Positions 18,006 through 26,335 of a DNA stretch of 64,000 bases are shown one piece after another. Made by a program: the position numbers and the translations under genes. The first letter of the stretch is position 1; every line of letters begins with the position of its first letter. The notes beneath the pieces were generated by a model. That model saw only the letters and a list, made by a program, of their open reading frames with translations, ran no database searches and was not told the origin of the DNA. The stretch covers positions 2,240 through 66,239 of the forward strand of contig DATLNC010000143.1 in assembly GCA_035536935.1 (NCBI GenBank), read 5' to 3'. Source of the DNA: Thermoanaerobaculia bacterium. GTDB taxonomy: Bacteria > Acidobacteriota > Thermoanaerobaculia > Multivoradales > UBA5704.

Positions 18006-18917
18006 TCAGCGCCCAGAAGCCACCTTGCCTGCCTCGATGGCGGCTTGACGTACCTTGAGGCTCGGATCGTCCTTGGCGAGCCGGTCGAACAGAGCCCGAT
18101 GCCGCGGGTCGCGCAGGGCGGCGAGCGCCCGGATGGCGCTGAGCATGGCCTCTTCCTGCTGCTCGCGGGTGATGTCCGGCACCTGCGCGAGGAGCCGGCG
18201 GTCGAGCATGCTTTCGAGCACGGGCACGCCCTCGGCGCTCCCCAGGCGGGCCAGGGAAAGCGCGGCGTTCCAGCGCACGTCCGTGGCGGCGTCGTCGAGG
18301 AGCGGCCGGAGGCTGGGGACGACCGACCGGTCGTCGAGCTCGCCCAGGGCGAACGCCGCGATCTTGCGGATGCCGGGGTCCTTGTCGCCGAGAGCGGCGG
18401 CCAGAGGCTCGCGGGCCTGGGGATCGCCCAGCATGCCCAGCGACCAGAGCGCATAGATCCGGGTGCGCTCGTCCTCGCCGTTCAGGGCTTCGACGAGCAG
18501 GGGGAGCGCCTCGCGGTCGCCGGTGCGCCCCATCACGAGCGCCAGGTAGCGCTTCATCTCGGGATCGTCCGCCTCCTGGAAGAGCCGGCGGACCTGGCCC
18601 TTGGCCCCCTGTTCCTTCTCCAGCGCCTGGGGGTCCGACACCAGGATCTTGGACAGCTCGTAAGCCGCCTGCACCCGCCGCGGCTTCCACCCCGACTCGA
18701 GGTCGTTCAGGTAGTCCCGCGTGCTCTGCCGGTCGTAGGCGATCCACCCGAAGCCGATGAAGATGGCCACGCAGAGGATGACGACGAGCAGGGGTACGAC
18801 GAACAGCCCGAGGAAGGAGCGCAACGCGCCGCTGCCGGCAGGCTCTTCCTCCTCGGAGGGTTCGGCCGGCAAATCCTCCTCGGGAGGAACGTCCTGGGGG
18901 ATATCATGATCGGACAT
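18006..18917 (-). CDS. membrane-anchored HEAT-repeat protein
   Basis: 303 aa with an acidic N-terminus, one TM helix (FVVPLLVVILCVAIFIGFGWIAY) and repeated PBS-lyase/HEAT-like units (R..A..ALG.LGD..A...L). Confidence 0.8.
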   Translation of the reverse strand: MSDHDIPQDVPPEEDLPAEPSEEEEPAGSGALRSFLGLFVVPLLVVILCVAIFIGFGWIAYDRQSTRDYLNDLESGWKPRRVQAAYELSKILVSDPQALEKEQGAKGQVRRLFQEADDPEMKRYLALVMGRTGDREALPLLVEALNGEDERTRIYALWSLGMLGDPQAREPLAAALGDKDPGIRKIAAFALGELDDRSVVPSLRPLLDDAATDVRWNAALSLARLGSAEGVPVLESMLDRRLLAQVPDITREQQEEAMLSAIRALAALRDPRHRALFDRLAKDDPSLKVRQAAIEAGKVASGR

Positions 18918-19030
18918 CGGCTGCGGAGCATAGCGGAACGGCGGGCGGGCTGCCAGCCGGTGTTCGCCGGCAATTTGTGCCGCAACTTCGGCGTGTATAC
19001 GAGTATATACTTGGTCCGAAGGAGGAAGCC

Positions 19031-19270
19031 ATGTCCACCGCCAAAGTCTTCTGGAGTGGTAACAGTCAGGCCATCCGCCTGCCTAAGGACTTCCGCTTTC
19101 CGCCGGGCACCGAAGAGGTGGAGATCCGCCGGGAAGGAGAGCGGATCGTCCTCGAGCCGGTGCATGTCGAGGAGTGGCCGGAATCCTTTTGGCGAGCCTT
19201 CGAAGGCATGCCTGAGGATTTCGAGCGGCCTACCCAGGTGCGGCAGACACGCGAAAGCCTCGATTTGTGA
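19031..19270 (+). CDS. vapB: AbrB/SpoVT-fold antitoxin (VapB-type)
   Basis: 79 aa. GGAGGA SD precedes ATG 19031. The typical SGNSQAIRLPKDFRF swapped-hairpin motif is present. Its stop overlaps the vapC start (GTGA). Confidence 0.88.
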   Translation: MSTAKVFWSGNSQAIRLPKDFRFPPGTEEVEIRREGERIVLEPVHVEEWPESFWRAFEGMPEDFERPTQVRQTRESLDL

Positions 19271-19668
19271 GATATCTCCTCGACAGCAACATCTGCATCT
19301 ATGCCATGAAGAACCGGCCTTTGCAGGTGCTGAGGCGCTTGCAGAACGTCGGACGCGCGGTCGTGGCGGTGAGCGTCATCACTGTGCTCGAGTTGCGGCA
19401 AGGGGCAGAGAGGAGCCAGCAGCGAGAGTTGGCCCATGCTCGCCTGGACGACTTCTTCGGACCGATGGACGCCCTGTCCTTCGAGGCATCCGATGCCCTG
19501 GTCGCAGCGCGCATTCGCGCCCAACTCTTCCGAATCGGCCGTCCGATCGGCGACTTCGATAGCCTCATTGCCGCCCAGGCGCTCGCCAGGGATCTGATCG
19601 TAGTTACCAACAACGTCGAGGAGTTTGAGCGCGTGCCTGACTTGAGAATCGAGAACTGGGCTGAGTAG
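19267..19668 (+). CDS. vapC: PIN-domain toxin (VapC-type ribonuclease)
   Basis: 133 aa. Conserved acidic residues are present (LLDSN, LELRQGAE, DSLIAA, VTNN). GTG start overlaps the vapB stop. Confidence 0.9.
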   Translation: MRYLLDSNICIYAMKNRPLQVLRRLQNVGRAVVAVSVITVLELRQGAERSQQRELAHARLDDFFGPMDALSFEASDALVAARIRAQLFRIGRPIGDFDSLIAAQALARDLIVVTNNVEEFERVPDLRIENWAE

Positions 19669-19772
19669 GAGCCTCCTTGCCGCCCGTGTCCACGTGCCGG
19701 TGAGTGGACTGCGCGCTACGCCCACGACCCAGGATTCAGCCGCCCCGATCCCGCCACAGCGCGCCGGATTTC

Positions 19773-20040
19773 CCGCTAACGTGCCAAATTGCCTTTCAGA
19801 CCTCTGCAAAAACTTTTGACGTGCCAAATTGTCCGCGAGCATGCCAAAAATAAAAATGGCCGTGCCAAAACGCCTCGCAGACCTCTGCAGAAAAATTCAA
19901 CGTGCCAAATTGCCTCGCAGACCTCTAAAACTCCCGGTAACGCGCTAGATTTTTTTCTAGACCTCTAGATTTAAATTTAACGTGCCGAATTGGCGCCGCA
20001 TAGGGCTAAATTTTTTCGCAAAGCTCTGAATTCCACTTCA
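19773..20040. repeat. AT-rich degenerate tandem array, about 6-7 units of about 40 bp (ACGTGCCAAATTGCCTCGCAGACCTCTGCA...)
   Basis: CGTGCC-type anchors occur at 19780, 19820, 19840(CATGCC), 19861, 19901, 19941(CGCGCT) and 19981. AGACCTCT anchors occur at 19798, 19879, 19919 and 19959. G+C is much lower than in the flanks. It lies between two convergent TA modules. Confidence 0.8.
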
Positions 20041-20051
20041 GGCGGGAGAAA

Positions 20052-20096
20052 TCACTCCGGCGTCACATACGCCGCTGTGATCCCTCTATCGGTCAG
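20052..20096 (-). pseudogene. relic copy of the 3' end of an SDR gene (LTDRGITAAYVTPE*)
   Basis: 37 of 45 nt are identical to 20945-20989, the true 3' end of SDR gene 20945..21718 (LVDGGITAAYVTPE*), in the same orientation. Four of the eight differences are synonymous third-position changes. Confidence 0.65.
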
Positions 20097-20620
20097 ATCG
20101 GCTGCCGGTCCAGCAGTGCCAAGGCATGGTCGCAAAGATTGGCGCTGATCCAGATATCCGGGCGGTTCCGGAGAGCTTCGACGAGCTGGCTGGCTTCCTC
20201 TTTGGTGAGAGCTCCATCCTCCCTGGCCGCCACGATCACACCGAGGGTTCCCTTGATCTGGGCTTTGGATCCCGCGGCGGCAAAAGAGCTGAGAGCCGCC
20301 CGGCGGGCATCGAAATCGTCGATCAGGAGCCAGATGGCCTCCATCTCGATCGCCAACAGGATGCTCTCTTCCTCTCCGGCTCCCAGACGAGCCGGCGCCG
20401 ACGGAGGAGCATCCGGCGGAGACACAACAATCAACTCTCCAGACTCATAACGGTCCTGGATCAAGAACGCGTCAGGAGCGGCCAAGCGCAGCCCCTCGGT
20501 GATCAACTCGTGATGGACGGCAGGTGGCGTCAGGATCTTGGGGAAGATGCGGAAGAGAACATCGAGCGCGCCGATCTTGGCGAGGGCCATGAGAGGGCCC
20601 GCGTCAGAGACGACAGTCAC
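20093..20620 (-). CDS. DUF3368-type PIN-like toxin
   Basis: 175 aa with the typical N-terminus VVSDAGPLMALAKIGALDVL....ILTPPAVHHEL. A 4-nt overlap joins it to the upstream UPF0175 gene. Confidence 0.8.
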   Translation of the reverse strand: MTVVSDAGPLMALAKIGALDVLFRIFPKILTPPAVHHELITEGLRLAAPDAFLIQDRYESGELIVVSPPDAPPSAPARLGAGEEESILLAIEMEAIWLLIDDFDARRAALSSFAAAGSKAQIKGTLGVIVAAREDGALTKEEASQLVEALRNRPDIWISANLCDHALALLDRQPI

Positions 20621-20886
20621 AGGACAGGTTCGCCCGCTTCTTCGTCGTCGGTCTTGGGCACGAGGCCGTGGGCATAGGCCAGCGGGATCATCTCCCGCAG
20701 GGAGACACCCGCCTGGCGGGCCGCGTATCCCAGCGATCCCTCACCTCGCTTATAGGCGTCCAGCGCCTTCCGGATTCGCCACTCCCGGAGTCCGAGCACC
20801 AGCACTTCCTGCCGTTGCTCCGGGTCCGGCGGCAACTGGCTGGCCAGCTCGTCGGTGATGGCAATCGAGACAGTCGATCGTGGCAT
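20617..20886 (-). CDS. UPF0175-family antitoxin
   Basis: 89 aa. The C-terminal HTH-like region GEGSLGYAARQAGVSLREMIPLAYAHGL is typical of UPF0175 partners of DUF3368. Confidence 0.78.
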   Translation of the reverse strand: MPRSTVSIAITDELASQLPPDPEQRQEVLVLGLREWRIRKALDAYKRGEGSLGYAARQAGVSLREMIPLAYAHGLVPKTDDEEAGEPVL

Positions 20887-20944
20887 AAGGGATCTCCGTC
20901 CGGGATAATTCAGTTGTATCGCCCCTGACCATCATACCCGCAGC

Positions 20945-21718
20945 TCATTCCGGCGTCACGTACGCCGCCGTGATGCCCCCATCGACCAGGAAGGTCGCTC
21001 CCGTCGTAAAAGAGGACTCGTCCGAGGCCAGGAAGAGGACGGCGCGGGCGATCTCCTTCGCTTCTCCGAAGCGGCCCATGGGAATGTGGACCAGACGGCG
21101 CTGGCGCTTTTCCTCGGTGTCCAGGTATTTCATCAGCAGCTCGGTCTTGAGGGGGCCGGGGCAGAGGGCGTTGACCCGGATGTTCTCCCTCGCGTGGATC
21201 ACCGCCAGCTCCCTTGTCATGGCGAGGACTCCCCCCTTGCTCGCCGTGTAGGCGAGCTGCGGGGTGGCGGCTCCGAGGACCGCCACGAAGGAGGCCGTGT
21301 TGATGATCGAGCCTCCCCCCGCTCGCCTCAGGGCCGGGATGCCGTACTTGCAGCCGAGGAAGACGCCCTTGAGGTTGATGTTCATGGTGAGGTCCCAGAC
21401 CTCTTCCTCGGTGGTCACGGCGTCGTCGTCCTTGGGATGGGAGATGCCGGCGTTGTTGAACAGCACGTCGAGCCGGCCGAAGCTCGTTTCCGCGGCGCGG
21501 ATCATCAGCTCGGCCTCGGCGGCCTGCGAGACGTCGGCGTGGACGTAGACCGCCTCGCCTCCGCTCCTCCGTGCCTCCTCCGCGACCGCCTGGCCGCCGG
21601 CATCGTTCACGTCGACTACGACGACCCGGGCTCCTTCGCTGGCAAACAGCAGGGCCGTCTCCCGCCCGATCCCCGAGCCGGCTCCGGTGATGAGCGCGAC
21701 TTTGTCTTTCAATCGCAT
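20945..21718 (-). CDS. short-chain dehydrogenase/reductase (SDR)
   Basis: Cofactor motif TGAGSGIG, NNAG, and catalytic YTASK (YxxxK). 257 aa. Confidence 0.93.
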   Translation of the reverse strand: MRLKDKVALITGAGSGIGRETALLFASEGARVVVVDVNDAGGQAVAEEARRSGGEAVYVHADVSQAAEAELMIRAAETSFGRLDVLFNNAGISHPKDDDAVTTEEEVWDLTMNINLKGVFLGCKYGIPALRRAGGGSIINTASFVAVLGAATPQLAYTASKGGVLAMTRELAVIHARENIRVNALCPGPLKTELLMKYLDTEEKRQRRLVHIPMGRFGEAKEIARAVLFLASDESSFTTGATFLVDGGITAAYVTPE

Positions 21719-21775
21719 TTGATCCCGTTCCCCCTCTCCCCTACCCTCTCCCCCGTGCCGGGGGAGAGGGAGAAA

Positions 21776-23137
21776 TCAAGCCCTCTCGAAATATCGAGCC
21801 CGTTCCCAGCAGGTCACCACCTCGTCGAACTTCCGCTGCTCGGTGCGCAGGAAGTGGAGGTAGTGCTCGAACACGTCCTCGCCGAACGCCTCCTTTGCCA
21901 TGTCGCTCCGCTCCAGCTCCGAGATCGCTTCCCGCAGCGTACCGGGGACCTTCGGCAGCTCGGCGGCGGCGTAGAGGTCTCCCTGGAAGATCTCCGGCGG
22001 CTCGATCTTGTTGCGGATGCCGTCGAGCCCGGCGGCCAGGGCGGCGGCGTAGAGGATGTAGGGATTGGCGTCCGCTCCCGGGATGCGGCACTCGACCCTG
22101 AGCGACGGCCCGCGGCCCACCACCCGGAAGCCGGCGGTCCGGTTGTCATAGCTCCAGGCGATCGCGGTCGGCGCCCAGGAGCGCGCCTGGTATCTCTTGT
22201 AAGAGGCCACGTACGGCGCGTAGCAGGCGGTCACCGCCCGCGCGTGCTTGATCCAGCCGCCGAGGAACCAGCGGAACGTCTCACTTCCTTCGACTGGCCC
22301 GATCTTTTGATCGCCGGGGAAAACGTTTCTTCCATCCTCGTTCCAGAGGCTGACGTGGACATGCGCGCTGGAGCCGGTGTGCTTCTCGTCCCACTTCGCC
22401 ATGAAGGTGACGGACTTTCCCTGCGCCCAGGCGATCTCCTTGGCCGCGTGCTTGTAAATAACATTTCGGTCGGCCTGAATCAGCGCCTCGCTGTAGCGCA
22501 GGTTGATCTCCTGCTGCCCCAGCCCCGCCTCCCCCTTGCTGAACTCGATCGGCACGCCGCTGTTGTCCAGATCGCGCCGGATCGCGCCGACGAGCTCCTC
22601 CTCCTTCGTGCCCTGGAAGATGTGGTAGTCCTCGTTGTACGTCCCCATCGGCCGCAGGCCGTGATAGTTCTTGGAGCGCGCCTCGGCGAAGCTGTCGTCG
22701 AAGACATAGAGCTCGATCTCCGTGCCGCCCATCACCGTGAAGCCCGCCTCCTTCGCCCGTTCCAACTGGCGCTGGAGCATCCTGCGCGGCGAGACCTCGA
22801 CCGGCTTTTCGTGATGATCGAAAAGATCGCAGATCACGAGCGCGGTCTTCGGCAGCCAGGCGGCGCGCCGCAGCGTCGAAAGATCGGGGACGCAGTGAAA
22901 GTCGCCGTACCCGGTCTCCCAGCTCGTGTACTTGTAGCCCGGGATCACGTCCATCTCCATGTCGCAGGCGAGCAGGTAGTCGCAGGCGTGCATCCCGCCG
23001 TCCGCGATCTGTTCGAGGAAGAACCCGGCATTGATCCGTTTTCCCATCAGGCGGCCGTACATGTCGGGGAAGACGGAGAGCACCGTCTCGATCTCGCCGC
23101 GCTCGACGAGCTCCGCCAGTTGCTCGCGATTCAGCAT
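21776..23137 (-). CDS. glutamine synthetase family protein (gamma-glutamyl-amine ligase-like)
   Basis: 453 aa with GS catalytic-domain blocks (EFSKGEAGLGQQEINL, HTGSSAHVHVSLW, NRTAGFRV). It is the PuuA/GlnA3-like type rather than canonical GlnA. Confidence 0.88.
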   Translation of the reverse strand: MLNREQLAELVERGEIETVLSVFPDMYGRLMGKRINAGFFLEQIADGGMHACDYLLACDMEMDVIPGYKYTSWETGYGDFHCVPDLSTLRRAAWLPKTALVICDLFDHHEKPVEVSPRRMLQRQLERAKEAGFTVMGGTEIELYVFDDSFAEARSKNYHGLRPMGTYNEDYHIFQGTKEEELVGAIRRDLDNSGVPIEFSKGEAGLGQQEINLRYSEALIQADRNVIYKHAAKEIAWAQGKSVTFMAKWDEKHTGSSAHVHVSLWNEDGRNVFPGDQKIGPVEGSETFRWFLGGWIKHARAVTACYAPYVASYKRYQARSWAPTAIAWSYDNRTAGFRVVGRGPSLRVECRIPGADANPYILYAAALAAGLDGIRNKIEPPEIFQGDLYAAAELPKVPGTLREAISELERSDMAKEAFGEDVFEHYLHFLRTEQRKFDEVVTCWERARYFERA

Positions 23138-23139
23138 CG

Positions 23140-24528
23140 CTACTCCTCCGATATGAACACGCTCTTCTGCTCGCTGTAGTGATCGAGGGCCGAGGGGCCC
23201 AGCTCGCGTCCGACGCCGCTTCTCTTGACGCCGCCGAACGGCATTTCCAGGTGGACGCTCCAGCCCGAGTTGACCGAGATGACGCCGGTTTCGACCGCCC
23301 GCACAACACGCAGGGCTCTGCCGATATCGCGCGTCCAGACCGAGCCGGAGAGGCCGTAGACCGAGGCATTCGCAAGCCGGATCGCCTCTTCCTCGCTGTC
23401 GAACGGCAGCAGGGCCACGACCGGGCCGAAGATCTCCTCCTGCGCGATGACCATGTCGGGAGACACGTCGCGGAAGACCGCGGGCTCGTAGAAGCTGCCC
23501 CGGCCTTCCATGGCCCGGCCTCCGGTGCAGAGCCTCGCTCCCTGATCGATTCCGCGCCGCACGTAGCCGTCGACCTTGTCGCGATGCGCGGGGGAGATCA
23601 GCGAGCCGATCCGGGTCTTCTCGTCGAGCGGATCGCCGACGCGGAGCGCTCGGGTGTGCTCGACGAAACGCTCCACGACCTCTTCATAGATGGATCGCTC
23701 GATCAGGACCCGGCTGCGGGCGCAGCAATCCTGGCCGGCGTTGCCGAACGAGCTGGAGATCGAGGCCCCGGCCTTTTCGAGGTCCGCATCCGCGAAGATC
23801 AGGCTGGCCGACTTGCCGCCCAGCTCCAGGGAGACGCGCTTCACGTCGCCCGCCGCCAGACGCATCACCTCGCTGCCGACCTCGGTCGAGCCGGTGAAGG
23901 CGATCTTGCGCACGTCCGGATGCCGGGCGAGGGCCGATCCGGCCGCGCCGCCCGGTCCGGTCACGATGTTGAGTGTTCCCGCCGGCAGACCGGCGTCCGC
24001 GGCCAGCTCGGCCAGGCGCAGGGCCGTCAAGGGCGTGGCCGACGCGGGCTTGACCACCACGGAGTTGCCCAGCGCCAGGGCGGGCGCGACCTTCCATGTA
24101 GTGATCGCGAAGGGGAAGTTCCAGGGGACGATCAGGCCGCAGACTCCGACCGGCTCGCGGAAGGTGAGGCCCGTGCCGGGCGCGCCGACCGGGAGCGTCT
24201 GTCCGCCGAACGCGGGGATCAGGCCGGCGTAGTACTGGAAGCAGGCGGCCCCCATCTCGATCTCGCCGCAGGCTTCCTGGATGGGCTTGCCCACGTTGCG
24301 CGACTCCAGTGTGGCGAGCGCCTCGGCCTCCGCCCGGATCCGCTCGGCCAGACGGAGCAGCACCCGCGCCCGCTCCATGGCCGGGGTGCGGCGCCAATCT
24401 CCCTGCTCGAAGGACCGGCGGGCCGCGGCGACCGCGGCTCCCACGTCCTCGATCCCGCCCTCGGCTACATGGGCGAGGACCTCGCCGGTGGCGGGATTCA
24501 GGACGGGGGTGGAGCGGTGGTCGGCCAT
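23140..24528 (-). CDS. NAD(P)-dependent aldehyde dehydrogenase
   Basis: 462 aa. ELGGKSA and GQDCCARSR (catalytic Cys region) are present, plus FTGSTEVG. Confidence 0.93.
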   Translation of the reverse strand: MADHRSTPVLNPATGEVLAHVAEGGIEDVGAAVAAARRSFEQGDWRRTPAMERARVLLRLAERIRAEAEALATLESRNVGKPIQEACGEIEMGAACFQYYAGLIPAFGGQTLPVGAPGTGLTFREPVGVCGLIVPWNFPFAITTWKVAPALALGNSVVVKPASATPLTALRLAELAADAGLPAGTLNIVTGPGGAAGSALARHPDVRKIAFTGSTEVGSEVMRLAAGDVKRVSLELGGKSASLIFADADLEKAGASISSSFGNAGQDCCARSRVLIERSIYEEVVERFVEHTRALRVGDPLDEKTRIGSLISPAHRDKVDGYVRRGIDQGARLCTGGRAMEGRGSFYEPAVFRDVSPDMVIAQEEIFGPVVALLPFDSEEEAIRLANASVYGLSGSVWTRDIGRALRVVRAVETGVISVNSGWSVHLEMPFGGVKRSGVGRELGPSALDHYSEQKSVFISEE

Positions 24529-24558
24529 GGAGGCCGATGATACATCCGAGCGTTGATC

Positions 24559-25044
24559 TCAGGGCTTGGGAAAGCGGACTACCTTGATGTCGCTGATGGG
24601 AATCGAGACGGGGCGGGAACGCTCGCCCGGGGTGCGCGAGACACCCGAAAGGCGCTCTCCCAGCCAGTGCCAGGAATTCGTGCGGGCCTCGGTCTCGGTG
24701 CCCGTGACGATGACGACCGGATAGAAGAGAAGGTCCCCGGAGGTGGACTTGAGCTTCAGCGGCGCGTCGGCGATGCGGATCTCCCGCAGCCGGCCGGTCT
24801 CCTTGGTCTTCGGCCCGAGGGCGATCTCGTACCAGGCGATCTCCTCCGGCGTGGATTCGAGCTTCTTCGTGAAGAGCAGCGAGCCGCTTCTCGGGGAGGG
24901 CGCGACCTCCCGCAGCTCGAGCTTCACCACGTCGTTGTTCTGGGTCAGAACCTCCACCACCGCTCCCTTCGGCTCCCGCGAATCCGCGACGTTCGGGAGC
25001 AGCAGGGCGGCCAGCAACAGGCAGGCGAGGGACATACGGCGCAT
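24559..25044 (-). CDS. secreted hypothetical protein
   Basis: 161 aa with a signal peptide (MRRMSLACLLLAALLLPNVADS). No recognisable domain. Confidence 0.6.
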   Translation of the reverse strand: MRRMSLACLLLAALLLPNVADSREPKGAVVEVLTQNNDVVKLELREVAPSPRSGSLLFTKKLESTPEEIAWYEIALGPKTKETGRLREIRIADAPLKLKSTSGDLLFYPVVIVTGTETEARTNSWHWLGERLSGVSRTPGERSRPVSIPISDIKVVRFPKP

Positions 25045-25065
25045 CTGGTTCTTCTCCTGATCTAT

Positions 25066-25104
25066 CTCAAAGAAAGCCCGGCCGGAGGAAACAACCGGCC
25101 GGGC
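25066..25104 (-). terminator. Rho-independent terminator after the di-heme gene
   Basis: 10-bp GC stem GCCCGGCCGG (25076-25085) pairs with CCGGCCGGGC (25095-25104). On the minus strand it is followed by TTTCTTTGAG. Confidence 0.55.
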
Positions 25105-25111
25105 CTCGGGA

Positions 25112-26335
25112 TCAAAGCGAGTTCAGGAACGTGATGAGCTGGTTCTTCTGAGTCGTGCTCAGGTTGATGTAGTTCTGGATGATCGGCTCGGACTCGTTCG
25201 TGTGACGCAGGATGGCATTGTTGCGCGTTGTGTTCTCGCCATCGTGCATGAAGCGGAGGCGCGTGCGGAAACCCCAGAGCGGCGGAGTGCGCAGCTTGTT
25301 GCGCGTGCTCGAGCCGCCGTTCTGGATGATGCCGTCGCCCGTGCCCACGTCGTGCAGCATGAAGTCGCTGTACGGATGGATGATCTTGTCGCCGAGGGCG
25401 GCCGTGATGGTGAGCTTGCCGCCGTTGACGACGGTGCCCACCGGAGCGGTCGTGATGCTCGTCGTGTGGCAGATGTTGCAACCGATCGAGTTGAACAGGT
25501 TCGCGCCGGTGATGGCGTCCGCGGTGGCGGCCAGGGCCGTGTCGCGCGGCGGCACCTTGCTGGAGCGCATGAAGCGGGCGAAGGCCTCGACGTCGGGGCC
25601 GAACGGATTGGCCGGTGTCGCCGCCTCCTCGGGATCGGGGACCGTGTCAAAGGCTGCGACCGAGGAGCCGTAGGAAGTGTTCTCGGTGGGCTGGAGCGGG
25701 CTGGTGATGCCCATCTCGTTCAGGTAGGCGTCGGCCGAGAACGAGAGCAGGCTGGCGTGCTGGTTCTTCCAGCCGAAGCGGGCGACCCGCGTCGTCCCCG
25801 GGGACTCCAGGACCGGCACGTTGATGATCTGCCCCTTCATGCCGCTGGGCTGGGCATTTCTGATGGTCGTGAACGTGCTGTCGGCGATCGCCTCGACGAA
25901 ACCGTCGCCGAGCGTGTTGAGCGAAGCGCGGAAGGTCAGGACGTTGTCAGCCCCGCCTGCCCGCTCCTGGATCCTGGCGTCGATCGCGCGGTCGTTGAAC
26001 AGCGAGCCGCCCGGAGGATCCTGGTAGGTGAACCCGTCGAATCGGGCCCCGCGCAGCTCGGTGACCTGGCTGGTGGCGCCGCTCACCGGGTTCTGATGGC
26101 ACTCGCGGCAGGCCTGGGCGTTGTAGAGCGGACCCAGTCCGTCGTCGATGACCTCGAACTCGTCGAAGACGTCGCGGTCGAGGTCGAACGTGGCCTGCGG
26201 AGTAAAGCCGTTGGTCAGGTTGTCGAACCCGGCAGGCGCTTCCGTCGCGGCCCATACCAGCGGCGCGCTCAAGAGCAACAGCAAGAGCCCGTCCGTGATC
26301 AGGAGTCGATGCAGCCGCCCCTTGATCCTGCTCAT
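25112..26335 (-). CDS. di-heme oxidoreductase (DUF1111 family, putative peroxidase)
   Basis: Signal peptide and two CxxCH motifs (CRECH, CNICH). The conserved C-terminal LRTPPLWG block is present. ATG 26335 lies 7 nt downstream of an AGGAG SD and is preferred to the TTG at 26356. Confidence 0.85.
   Translation of the reverse strand: MSRIKGRLHRLLITDGLLLLLLSAPLVWAATEAPAGFDNLTNGFTPQATFDLDRDVFDEFEVIDDGLGPLYNAQACRECHQNPVSGATSQVTELRGARFDGFTYQDPPGGSLFNDRAIDARIQERAGGADNVLTFRASLNTLGDGFVEAIADSTFTTIRNAQPSGMKGQIINVPVLESPGTTRVARFGWKNQHASLLSFSADAYLNEMGITSPLQPTENTSYGSSVAAFDTVPDPEEAATPANPFGPDVEAFARFMRSSKVPPRDTALAATADAITGANLFNSIGCNICHTTSITTAPVGTVVNGGKLTITAALGDKIIHPYSDFMLHDVGTGDGIIQNGGSSTRNKLRTPPLWGFRTRLRFMHDGENTTRNNAILRHTNESEPIIQNYINLSTTQKNQLITFLNSL

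Noticed and set aside
18991-19010. Palindromic GTATAC / GTATATAC words upstream of vapB as a defined VapB operator or -10 element.
   Set aside because: This is plausible for autoregulation, but I could not place a convincing -35/-10 pair or a repeated half-site pattern. It is too weak to annotate.
19773-20040. Integron attC sites or a cassette array, suggested by recurring ...AAC|GTGCC... junctions next to TA cassettes.
   Set aside because: The units are only about 40 bp apart and enclose no ORFs. The RYYYAAC/GTTRRRY boxes and the imperfect internal dyad of attC are not reproduced. No intI gene is present.
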